From: Senegalimassilia sp.
Lineage (GTDB): Bacteria; Actinomycetota; Coriobacteriia; Coriobacteriales; CADBOM01
NCBI GenBank assembly: GCA_963661535.1
Contig: CAVLCC010000003.1
Span: forward strand, 469-64,468
Length of the DNA stretch: 64,000 nucleotides
Direction: 5' to 3'
The position numbers and the translations under genes are program-made. The notes beneath the pieces were generated by a model. It searched no databases, had not been told where the DNA came from, and was given only the letters and a program-made list of their open reading frames with translations. Numbering within the stretch: position 1 is the first letter of the stretch; each line of letters starts with the position of its first letter. Positions 55,551 to 64,000 of this stretch are shown piece by piece.

Positions 55551-57536
55551 TTATTTGGAGCCTACATTTTTAGATTTTGCTTCTTCTACCAACTTGGCTT
55601 TTGGATCTGCTTTGCCAGCTTTCTTCCACGATGTGAGCATGGCCTTAACTAGTATTGCTCTGTCATCTTCGCTGAATCTAGAAGTTCCTCCAATGAACAT
55701 TAGATTATCTATAGAGTCTCCAAGCTCGTCCATAAAATCAAAGACCGCGACGGTTTCGTTAAGATCGTTGGGATTTGCCATAATTAAAAGCGCGTCTTGC
55801 TCAGCAGCATACTGACCAATAAAATATGCATCTACTGGCTCCCATACAGTGCTAACCAAAATCTTGTTTATTTGAGGAAGCCCCTCTTTTGCGTGCTGCT
55901 CTAGAATCCACCTGTCAATCTCTTTGTTGAGCTCACACTGATTGTCATTAGCAAAACGCGTAATGTTTAAGTTTGCCTTTTGAAGCTTTTCGACTATAGA
56001 ATCGTCTACCAAAATTCCTTGCTCCACAATGATGACATTTGAAAAATCTTGGCAGATTGTGCTGCAAATGCGCTCGTTTATTGCATTGTCTGTTGGGTCT
56101 AGGAAAAAAGTTGGCATATGCCTTGAGGCAATGCATGGGGATAGCGAGATGAGCCCGCAAACACTTTGGCTATAAGTCAAAATTGCTGTGTCGCTCCATG
56201 TGGCGCTAGGCTCGGTTAGCTCATCATTATTTGTGCTGCTTGCGCTATTTGCACTACCCGCGCTGTTTGTACCACTTGCACCACATATGCAACCCGCGCT
56301 TTTTTTAGCAAACTCATACACATTCAAAGACAACTGCGCCTGATTATCCGACGCAATTATGGTTGTCTTAATGCCGCCTTCTTCTAGAGCATCACTAACT
56401 TCTTTGGCAATCATGTTTCTCGAGTCTAGCAATATAACCTGTTCGACTTCGATTCTCTTTAAAAACTCTTTTGTAACACCTTGCAAACACTCGGTGCTTG
56501 TATTTAAAACTAGACCATCAACCACACCTGCCAGTGCATTTGCATTCATAGCAGCCACAAAATCATCACTTGGCGTAAGAATTGCAGTCTTTTGCTTTCT
56601 AAAGCACGCATCGGCAATTGCAACGCTTGTTGCATAGCGATCGTTTCCTGAAATCTCGCCATAATACATTTGCGGATCTTCAACCTCGAGCTGCATCATC
56701 TCAATAACACGATTTTCGGATTCTGCTGTGCCTCCGCGTCCACCAACCACACGATAAGCTCCGCACACTTCCTCGGCTTTGCCCATCATGCGAGTGTGAC
56801 CTTTTTCGATCCAAATTGCTTTGTTGCACAAACGCTCTATCTGATCATTGTTATGCGACACAATCAAAACCGTAACCCCGTGGTCTTTAATGATGTCGGT
56901 AATGCGTCGCTCACATTTTTGCTGAAACATAAAATCGCCGACCGACAAAACCTCGTCTACAATCAAGACCTCAGGAACAATTACGGTAGCAATTGCAAAA
57001 GCAATTCTTGCAATCATGCCCGAGGAATAGTTCTTTAGAGGCATGTCCATAAACTGCTCAATTTCAGCAAACTCAATAATATCGTCCATGTGTTGAGCAA
57101 TAAACTTTTTGGGATAACCCAAAAGTGCGCCGTTTAAAAACACGTTTTCGCGTGCTGTGAGATCCATGTCAAAGCCAGCACCAAGCTCAATTAGAGGAGC
57201 AATTCTTCCATTAACCTCAATGGTTCCTTCTGTGGGAGTCAACACGCCAGCAACAATCTTTAACATTGTTGACTTGCCAGATCCGTTCGTTCCCAAAATT
57301 CCAAAAACGTCGCCTTTTTTTACTTCAAACGAAACGTCGTTTAGCGCCCTGAACTCCTTAAACCTAAGTTCGTGTTTGGTAAAGGCAATAAAGTATTCTT
57401 TTAGCGAATTGAGCTTTTGGTTGGCAATGTTAAAGACCATCGACACATGGTCTACCTTTATCATGGTTTCTTTATCGTAGTCTAGCTTTTCGTTAAGATT
57501 GTTTCCAAGATAGGACGTATTTATCTTTGCAGACAT
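55551..57536 (-). CDS. TagH/Wzt-type polysaccharide/teichoic-acid ABC exporter ATPase fused to three CWB2-like repeats
   Basis: NBD: GTNGSGKST, YSSGMIARIAF, LIVDEVLSVGD, SH. The C-terminal ~350 aa (about 55617-56660) has three CWB2-like units; the first reads ISGNDRYATSVAIADACF...TAILTPSDDFVAAMNANALAG. I see no hydrophobic TM segment anywhere. Confidence 0.75.
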   Translation of the reverse strand: MSAKINTSYLGNNLNEKLDYDKETMIKVDHVSMVFNIANQKLNSLKEYFIAFTKHELRFKEFRALNDVSFEVKKGDVFGILGTNGSGKSTMLKIVAGVLTPTEGTIEVNGRIAPLIELGAGFDMDLTARENVFLNGALLGYPKKFIAQHMDDIIEFAEIEQFMDMPLKNYSSGMIARIAFAIATVIVPEVLIVDEVLSVGDFMFQQKCERRITDIIKDHGVTVLIVSHNNDQIERLCNKAIWIEKGHTRMMGKAEEVCGAYRVVGGRGGTAESENRVIEMMQLEVEDPQMYYGEISGNDRYATSVAIADACFRKQKTAILTPSDDFVAAMNANALAGVVDGLVLNTSTECLQGVTKEFLKRIEVEQVILLDSRNMIAKEVSDALEEGGIKTTIIASDNQAQLSLNVYEFAKKSAGCICGASGTNSAGSANSASSTNNDELTEPSATWSDTAILTYSQSVCGLISLSPCIASRHMPTFFLDPTDNAINERICSTICQDFSNVIIVEQGILVDDSIVEKLQKANLNITRFANDNQCELNKEIDRWILEQHAKEGLPQINKILVSTVWEPVDAYFIGQYAAEQDALLIMANPNDLNETVAVFDFMDELGDSIDNLMFIGGTSRFSEDDRAILVKAMLTSWKKAGKADPKAKLVEEAKSKNVGSK

Positions 57537-57703
57537 ATATTTATAGCTCCTATATGATTAAACTTTTAAAGATTAAATTTTATTTTCACATAGATTGCAT
57601 TATATCAATGGTTTGAGAAGTGGCTCATGTTTAAGTCTCTTAAGTGCAAGTTGTGTTGTTTTGACAACCTTAAATAGCCTTTTAATAAAGTTTTTGACAA
57701 AGC

Positions 57704-57740
57704 AAATGGTCAGCACGCGAGCTTGCATGCTGACCATTTT
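57704..57740 (-). terminator. hairpin downstream of the second giant gene (probable terminator)
   Basis: aaatggtcagca (57704-57715) pairs with tgctgaccattt (57729-57740), with T-rich sequence on both strands. A second hairpin lies at 57761-57788 (catacccacc/ggtgggtatg). Confidence 0.55.
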
Positions 57741-57864
57741 TCATAAGTTAAAGTGAGGCTCATACCCACCCGCATAGAGGTGGGTATGTTTGTTTACGTT
57801 ATGAAGGTCTCCCTTCTTATTCTACGTAATCATCTTGCGCTTTTATTCGCCTAGCGCTATCAAC

Positions 57865-60800
57865 TTACATTGCAAAGGCTGGACATACGGCAAGTCCTGC
57901 AGCAGAATCAGCAGATGTGCCCAAAGCTCCGTTATTATACATAATTGCATAGTTGAAAGTTTCAGGTCCGGGATCCTTAGTGGGTAAGCTCTGAGTACGG
58001 AGCCACAAACTACTCTCCTCAGCAGACGATCCATAGTAAGTTCCATTCATGTATGCATTTCCCCTTGTCTTGCCAAGACCACTTACCAATGGGTTTGCAA
58101 CGAGATCAGCTGTATTTGGCACCTTACCATTAAACCAGCTGTATTGGCTACCGTCGTCACCAAAGATTGCCCTACCCATATAATTTGTGTACGTAGTGCC
58201 AGTAATCTCACTGTAAGACACAGGCCACATTTTGCAGTCTGCACTGCCCGAATATACGTAGCTATAATCCACACCATACATGTACTTCTTGCTCACAGTC
58301 TGTATAGCTGACATAAAACTATCAGGTAATAAAGAATATATGTATAGGCACCGATCAGTGGTCTCAGTAGTTCCGCTATTAAAGCAGAACTGATACATTT
58401 GCGATTTGCCATAGCCGAGATAACCCGTAGAAGACATACCATACATTTGCATGCCGGTGGGTAGCGCATGTGTTGCCATAAAGGTCACAGCACTGCCATC
58501 ACTATCATGCTCCCCTACCTCAATAATACGGAACTCAACCCACTTGTCGGCGTCTGTTGTGGCATCCTTTCCACTCCAAGTGGTGTAGAGATGCACAGTA
58601 TCATCGTCGCCTGTGCCGGTGTCGCTGTTCATGTAGCCGGTCCATTTAGTTTCGACTGCAGTCTTGGTGGCACTATCAGAGCCATGCAATACCGACATAT
58701 CAGAAGCAATCTTAGCTTGCGGAACAAAGTAGTTATTCGACATAACCTCGCCGCTAGCTGTGCCTGCAGCTAGCGCAGTGAGCGTGTCGGTATCCAATCC
58801 ACCTTTGGCTAAGAAGTAGTCGTTTGTGCCGGCCTCAGTCCACTTGGCATATAGCGTGATGTCACCTGTTACTGTGGTGCTATCAAAGTCGTAAGCGTTA
58901 TCAGAAAGCGTTGTGCCGCCATCTGTAGAGGTATACCAGCCACCAAGAACCATGCCAGTGCCGCTATAAACGGGGTCTGTAGTTGGAGCTGTTGCATATC
59001 CACCATCTGTGACAGTGCTTGTTGTGGTTGTCAAGCCATCGGCGAACGTACCACCGTTAGCATTAAATGTTACTGTGTGTGATTGTGTTTGCTTGGTCAC
59101 TCCCATTGCGAAAGCGGGTACGATGTTAGCGGCAATGGAGTCGGGCACGTAATTGGACGGTTTGCCGTAGGTGCTATCCACACTTAGGAAGTGACAACTA
59201 TAATCCAAAGCCGGCGAGCGCAACCATGCATTTTGGCAGTTAGTAGCACCGCTTCTGACCTGATTGATGCTCCTTATTGCATTGTTTGTGCCAGTTGGGT
59301 TTGTTATATAAGTCTTAAACCACTCGTACTGGCTGCCCTCATTGCCAGCAAATAGATAGTTAGTTCCATCAGTGTACTTACCAGTGAGCTCGCTATAAGA
59401 CATAAGCCAGATGGAGTCTGTTACTGTGCCTGTCTCATCCCAGCCCGCGGCATTGCTGCCCGAGTAGGCCTTCTTGGTTACAGGCGTCAAAGCGTCAAGG
59501 AAGTCGCTGTCAAGACTGCTCTTTACGTAGCTAGACATGGTTGAAGTGTACAAAGTCGAGCCTGCCCAGCCACCATCAGTAGAATCGGCATACATCTGCT
59601 GTGCAGTAGGCAGTGAGTGTGTTGCCATGAAGGTCACAGCACTGCCATCACCATCATGCTCGCCAACCTGTACGATACGGCACTCAAGCCAGCTTTCGTA
59701 GGTAAGGGTGTCATCTCGGACGTCCGAGCCCTTCCATCTAGTGTAGAGGTGGATGCCTTCGTAGCTAAGACCAGCAGTGTCGCTCGTCATGTAGCCTTTC
59801 CACTTTTCTTCGACTGCAGTCTTCTCGGTGCTATCAGAACCAGACAACACTGCGATATCAGCATCAATCTGCGCCTGTGAGACAAACTTAAGCGTTTCCC
59901 TCATTTCGTCTGTAGCAGTGCCATCTGCAAGTTCACCTAAGAAGCCGGCATCCGTCGCTGATGCGGCTAAGAAGTAAGCGCTGGGTGCAGAAGCAGAAGC
60001 AGTCCACTTAGCATATAGCGTAATATTGTCTGTCACTGCAGTGTTCTCGAAGTCATAAGCGTCATCAGAAAGCGTTGTACCTTCATCTTCAGAGGTATAC
60101 CAACCATCAAAAGTGTGATCATCATAAGTCGGCGCAGTAGGAGCCGTGACATATCCATCCTTTACGACACTTTGTGTGAGTGTCGTCGCGCTATCAGAGA
60201 ATTTGCCACCATTAGCGTTGAAAGTTACCGTGTAGCTTTCCTTCACATCTATCTCTACGACGATGGTGACAGGCTTGTAGTTAGTATCAGTGGGAGTGTA
60301 TGTAGCGTTACGTTCTATGGTTGTTATTTCATCACCCACAGTAGCATCGGCCTCATACTCGCTGCTCCAAGCTAGGGTTCCGTCATCAAGAGTTGGTAGT
60401 GTTACGCTAGAGAGCTTAGCACCCGCGCCTGCCTCAAGCGTGTCTACTGTAGGTATCTTACTCTCTGGCAAATCTGCCTGCTCGATAGTCCACGTGCTAG
60501 TAAGCGTTCCGGTAAAGTTACCAGCGCCTGCTACTGTCACGCTATAGGTACCTGCATTTTTAGCGCTCATTGTACCACCGGAGAATGCAAGGTCTTTTCC
60601 TTGTGTGATGGTCTCGGTGCCATCAGCAAGCTTGGTGTCAAGTGTTACTGTGGCCGCACCAGTAGAAATCTCATCGCCAGTATATGTCGCGCCATCATTT
60701 GCAAATGCAATCGATGAATTCGAGATGTCATAAGGGTTAATGCTAAAGGGCAGTGCAATCGCCTCAGTGTTTGCATAGTTGCCCTTAAAGCTCACAATAG

Positions 60801-63800
60801 CCGTAGCCGTATTAGTGCCAGCATTAACGTTGTTGGCATAGGTCACTTCATAGTCTGTATCCTTAACAAAACCATTGGGCAGACCAGTGATACCAGGAGT
60901 CTTTTCTATTCCACTATAAACAAGACCTGTTAGATCATCGGGGTTAAGAACGATCTCTTCAATTTGCTCTTCACTAAGCGATATAGAGTTGATTGTCCAA
61001 TCTGCACTAGCAGAGCCTGTGTAGTTACCGCCTGTAGCTGTCACAGTTGCAGTATATGTGCCTGCATTTGTGCCAGTGAGTCCAGAAGTAGTATATGCCG
61101 TTGATGGAATGGTCTTGCCATCTTTTACAACAGAAGTCACACTTACGGTCTTCTCTGCGTTGTCATAGTCAAACTCGTCAAAATCAAGTGTAACGGTTGC
61201 GCCAGTGATGTCATAAGGTGCGATTTCAAAAGTAAGCTCAATAGGATCGTTACCTTCGTAGTTGCCCTTGAAGCTCACAGTAGCTTTTGCAGTGCCTGCG
61301 TCTATATTATTTGCGTAGGCTACCTCATAGTCTGTTGCAGTCATGTTTGCAGGCAAGCCTGTGACACTAGGTTTCTTCTGAGTACCATCATAGATTTGAT
61401 CTTGCGCATCAAGAGAGATAGCTGCACGCTCGGTTGTGCTAAGCGTTGCAGGCTTAATCTCCCAACCTGCAGTGGCGCTGCCTGTGTAGTTACCAGTGCC
61501 TGCTAGAGTTGCGGTGTAAGTGTTTGCATCTGTAGCGGATGTTCCAGAAGTGGTATATCCCGTTGTTGGGATAGTAGTGCCATCTTTTACAACAGAAGTC
61601 ACACTTACGGTCTTTAGTGTATTGTCATAGTCAAACTCGTCAGATGCAAGTGTAACTGTCGCGCCAGTGATGTCATAAGGTTCGATTTGGAAAGTAAGGT
61701 CAATTGGGTTGTTGCCAACATAGTTGCCTTTGAAAATCACAAGAGCTTTAGCAAGAGAAGTTTGAGTAGTAGCATTTATGTTATTTGCATAGATTACTTC
61801 GTAATCTGTTGTTGCCATATCTGTAGGCAAGCCTGTGACGCCAGGCTTCTTCTGCGTGCCGTCATAGATTTGATCTTGCGCGTCAAGAGCAATAGCTGCA
61901 CGCTCTTCGTCGCTAAGTGTTATAGGTTTGATCTTCCAATCTGCGCTGGCGGTTCCTGTGTAGTTGCCCTTGAAGTTCACAGTTGCAGTATAGTTACCTA
62001 TATTAGTAGCAGATGTTCCGATGGTGGTATAGTTGTCTGCTGGCACAACTGTAGTGCCATCTTCTAGTGTCACAGACACGCTTACGGTCTTTGATGTGTT
62101 GTCGTATGTGTATTCAGTAGGATCAACTGTAACTTTTGCGCCAGTTAAATCTTTAGGAGCAATAACAAAATCAAATGCTTTAGTTTGTCCATTTGAAGTC
62201 TTTACAATTGCAGTTGCAGTGCCTGCATCTGTATTGTGCAGATACTCAATGGTGTAGTCTATTCCCTTAGGCATACCTGTGACAGTTGGATTCTTAGCAT
62301 TGCCATCGTAGGTGTAGCCCTTATCATCTAGCGTGACACCGTCAAAGACTGCATCGTTAGAGACAATCTTCCAGTCTGTGCTAGCGCTGCCTTTGTAGTT
62401 ACCAATGCCTTCAACACTTAAGATATAGTCACCAGGAATGGTTTGTGCAGATACCACAACGGTGTAGTCGGTATTAGCAGTAAGTGTCTTATTTTCAAGA
62501 ACTACTGTAGATACCTCTGGTGTGTGAGCACTGCTATCGTAGTCATAAGAATCTTGTACAAGTGTTATCTTTGCGCTAGAAATATCAGCTTGCTCAATAG
62601 TAAATGTAAGCTCTTGTTTTGGTGTGCTTGCGTAGTTACCTTTAAAGCTCACAGCAGCAGTAGCTGTGTCTACGCCAGCATCGATGTTATTTGTGTATTC
62701 TACTTCGTAGTCTGTGCCTTCAACAAGACCATCAGGCATGCCTGTGACACTAGGTGTCTTTGGCGTGCCGTCATAGACTGCATCGTCAACATCAAGATTT
62801 TTAAGTTGCTCGTTTGTTAGGGTTGCAGACTTAATCTCCCAACCTGCAGTGGCGCTGCCTGTGTAGTTACCACCGGTAGCTGTCACAGTTGCGGTGTAAG
62901 TATCTGCTTCTGTGCCAGTTAATCCAGAAGTGGTATATCCCGTTGTTGGGATAGTAGTGCCATCTTTTACAACAGAAGTCACACTTACGGTCTTTGGTTT
63001 GCCGTCATATGTATACTCTGTAGGAGTAACAGTAACGGTTGCGCCAGTAATATTATAAGGTGCAATCTCAAAGTTTAGTGTCTTTGTAGATGTTGCGGCC
63101 CAGTTGCCTTTGAAAGTTATAGCTACAGCAGCCTTAGAGGTATCTGTAGTGGCATTTATGTTGTTGCTATAAGCAATATCATAATCAGTTCCTTTTATGA
63201 GCTTTTCTGGAATACCTTTTACCTCAGGTGTTTTTGCTGTGCTGTCATATATGTAAGAGTCAGCACCACCAAGCACGATAGCGTCAAGCTCTTCTGCGCT
63301 AAGTGAGGCGGGCTTAATCTTCCAGTCTGCGCTGGCTATGCCTGTGTAGTTGCCCTTAAAGCTAACAGTTGCAGTGTAGTCACCTACATTTGTAGCAGAG
63401 GTTCCAAAGGTGGTATAGCTATCTGCTGGGATAGTGTTGCCATCTTTTGTAACAGAAACACTTACAGTCTTTAGTGTGCTGTCGTAGATGTATTCTGTAG
63501 GATCAACTGTAACTTTTGCTCCAGTTAAATCCTTAGGTGCAATTACAAAATCAAATGCTTTAGTTTGTCCATCTGAAGTCTTTACAATTGCAGTTGCAGT
63601 GCCTGCATCTGTGTTATGTAGATACTCAATGGTGTAGTCTATTCCCTTAGGCATACCTGTGACAGTCGGATTCTTAGCGTTGCCGTCATAGGTGTAGCCC
63701 TTATCATCTAGTGTGACACCGTCAAAGACTGCATCGTTAGAGACAATCTTCCAATCTACGCTAGCGCTGCCTTTGTAGTTACCAGTTCCTTCTACACTTA

Positions 63801-64000
63801 AGATATAGTCACCAGGAATGGTTTGCTCAGATACTACATCAGTGTAGTCGGTAGTAGCAGTAAGTGTTTTTTCTCCTAGAACTACTTTAGATACTACAGG
63901 TTTATGAGTAGAACCATCATAGTCAAAGGAATCACTTTTAAGTGTTATCTTTGCGCTAGAAATATCAGCCTGATCAATAGTAAATGTAAGCTCTTTTTTA
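57865..64000 (-). CDS. second giant surface protein, 5'-truncated by the window (>=2,044 aa visible): MBG-like modules followed by 2 x [Listeria-Bacteroides repeat + DUF6273-like domain]
   Basis: The frame stays open from the track's M at 63654 to nt 64000; I translated ...VSEQTIPGDYILSVEGTGNYKGSASVDWKIVSNDAVFDGVTLDDKGYTYDGNAKNPTVTGMPKG. The ORF ends ...LAVCPAFAM*. Two YTVTFNANGG...GWYTS...ITLYAKW units. WLRSP/WLRTQ...PAFAM end blocks. Confidence 0.9.
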   Translation of the reverse strand, partial: KKELTFTIDQADISSAKITLKSDSFDYDGSTHKPVVSKVVLGEKTLTATTDYTDVVSEQTIPGDYILSVEGTGNYKGSASVDWKIVSNDAVFDGVTLDDKGYTYDGNAKNPTVTGMPKGIDYTIEYLHNTDAGTATAIVKTSDGQTKAFDFVIAPKDLTGAKVTVDPTEYIYDSTLKTVSVSVTKDGNTIPADSYTTFGTSATNVGDYTATVSFKGNYTGIASADWKIKPASLSAEELDAIVLGGADSYIYDSTAKTPEVKGIPEKLIKGTDYDIAYSNNINATTDTSKAAVAITFKGNWAATSTKTLNFEIAPYNITGATVTVTPTEYTYDGKPKTVSVTSVVKDGTTIPTTGYTTSGLTGTEADTYTATVTATGGNYTGSATAGWEIKSATLTNEQLKNLDVDDAVYDGTPKTPSVTGMPDGLVEGTDYEVEYTNNIDAGVDTATAAVSFKGNYASTPKQELTFTIEQADISSAKITLVQDSYDYDSSAHTPEVSTVVLENKTLTANTDYTVVVSAQTIPGDYILSVEGIGNYKGSASTDWKIVSNDAVFDGVTLDDKGYTYDGNAKNPTVTGMPKGIDYTIEYLHNTDAGTATAIVKTSNGQTKAFDFVIAPKDLTGAKVTVDPTEYTYDNTSKTVSVSVTLEDGTTVVPADNYTTIGTSATNIGNYTATVNFKGNYTGTASADWKIKPITLSDEERAAIALDAQDQIYDGTQKKPGVTGLPTDMATTDYEVIYANNINATTQTSLAKALVIFKGNYVGNNPIDLTFQIEPYDITGATVTLASDEFDYDNTLKTVSVTSVVKDGTTIPTTGYTTSGTSATDANTYTATLAGTGNYTGSATAGWEIKPATLSTTERAAISLDAQDQIYDGTQKKPSVTGLPANMTATDYEVAYANNIDAGTAKATVSFKGNYEGNDPIELTFEIAPYDITGATVTLDFDEFDYDNAEKTVSVTSVVKDGKTIPSTAYTTSGLTGTNAGTYTATVTATGGNYTGSASADWTINSISLSEEQIEEIVLNPDDLTGLVYSGIEKTPGITGLPNGFVKDTDYEVTYANNVNAGTNTATAIVSFKGNYANTEAIALPFSINPYDISNSSIAFANDGATYTGDEISTGAATVTLDTKLADGTETITQGKDLAFSGGTMSAKNAGTYSVTVAGAGNFTGTLTSTWTIEQADLPESKIPTVDTLEAGAGAKLSSVTLPTLDDGTLAWSSEYEADATVGDEITTIERNATYTPTDTNYKPVTIVVEIDVKESYTVTFNANGGKFSDSATTLTQSVVKDGYVTAPTAPTYDDHTFDGWYTSEDEGTTLSDDAYDFENTAVTDNITLYAKWTASASAPSAYFLAASATDAGFLGELADGTATDEMRETLKFVSQAQIDADIAVLSGSDSTEKTAVEEKWKGYMTSDTAGLSYEGIHLYTRWKGSDVRDDTLTYESWLECRIVQVGEHDGDGSAVTFMATHSLPTAQQMYADSTDGGWAGSTLYTSTMSSYVKSSLDSDFLDALTPVTKKAYSGSNAAGWDETGTVTDSIWLMSYSELTGKYTDGTNYLFAGNEGSQYEWFKTYITNPTGTNNAIRSINQVRSGATNCQNAWLRSPALDYSCHFLSVDSTYGKPSNYVPDSIAANIVPAFAMGVTKQTQSHTVTFNANGGTFADGLTTTTSTVTDGGYATAPTTDPVYSGTGMVLGGWYTSTDGGTTLSDNAYDFDSTTVTGDITLYAKWTEAGTNDYFLAKGGLDTDTLTALAAGTASGEVMSNNYFVPQAKIASDMSVLHGSDSATKTAVETKWTGYMNSDTGTGDDDTVHLYTTWSGKDATTDADKWVEFRIIEVGEHDSDGSAVTFMATHALPTGMQMYGMSSTGYLGYGKSQMYQFCFNSGTTETTDRCLYIYSLLPDSFMSAIQTVSKKYMYGVDYSYVYSGSADCKMWPVSYSEITGTTYTNYMGRAIFGDDGSQYSWFNGKVPNTADLVANPLVSGLGKTRGNAYMNGTYYGSSAEESSLWLRTQSLPTKDPGPETFNYAIMYNNGALGTSADSAAGLAVCPAFAM

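Noticed and set aside
57761-57788. The hairpin catacccacc/ggtgggtatg followed by tttgttt, which looks like a plus-strand terminator.
   Set aside because: No plus-strand gene ends nearby. It probably belongs to the minus-strand 3' UTR structure of the giant gene, or is incidental.

Overview
64-kb AT-biased, gene-dense chromosomal window, mostly transcribed on the minus strand. The hpt-ftsH-folE-folP/folK block and overall gene content suggest a low-GC actinobacterium, possibly Coriobacteriia/Atopobiaceae-like; this is a guess I cannot verify here. All family assignments come from motifs read in the supplied translations; no database search was run.

Contents, left to right:
- EF-G paralogue
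- PucR regulator divergent from an MFS transporter plus URO-D-family enzyme
- TetR regulator plus polytopic membrane protein
- YqeY-like and PNPOx-like genes
- two adjacent type II TA modules (Phd/MazF-like, DinJ/ParE-like) flanked by fragments of themselves
- PLDc_N/zinc-ribbon protein and thrS
- OmpR-type response regulator plus histidine kinase
- cobalamin nucleotide-loop genes cobT-cobU-cobS plus a truncated cobU paralogue, preceded by a clear cobalamin riboswitch stranded ~0.7 kb upstream
- a 2,432-aa surface protein (CWB2 anchor, MBG-like modules, DUF6273-like end)
- an AbiEi/AbiEii pair with paired 23-bp operators
- rsgA, trkH, a purine nucleoside phosphorylase, addA/addB
- a GNAT / C26 amidase / GspS-like ATP-grasp trio
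- P-type ATPase, rsmI, folP-folK, folE, ftsH, hpt
- a TagH/Wzt-type ABC ATPase fused to three CWB2-like repeats
- a second giant surface-protein gene that runs off the window

I recognised no rRNA, tRNA, CRISPR array, transposase or integrase.

Best candidates for something new:
1. The orphan B12 riboswitch plus ~0.5 kb of ORF-free, hairpin-rich RNA ending in a terminator upstream of cobT.
2. The apparently cytoplasmic CWB2 triplet on an exporter ATPase, next to CWB2-anchored giant adhesins.
3. The GNAT/amidase/ATP-grasp cassette.
4. The TA mosaic.
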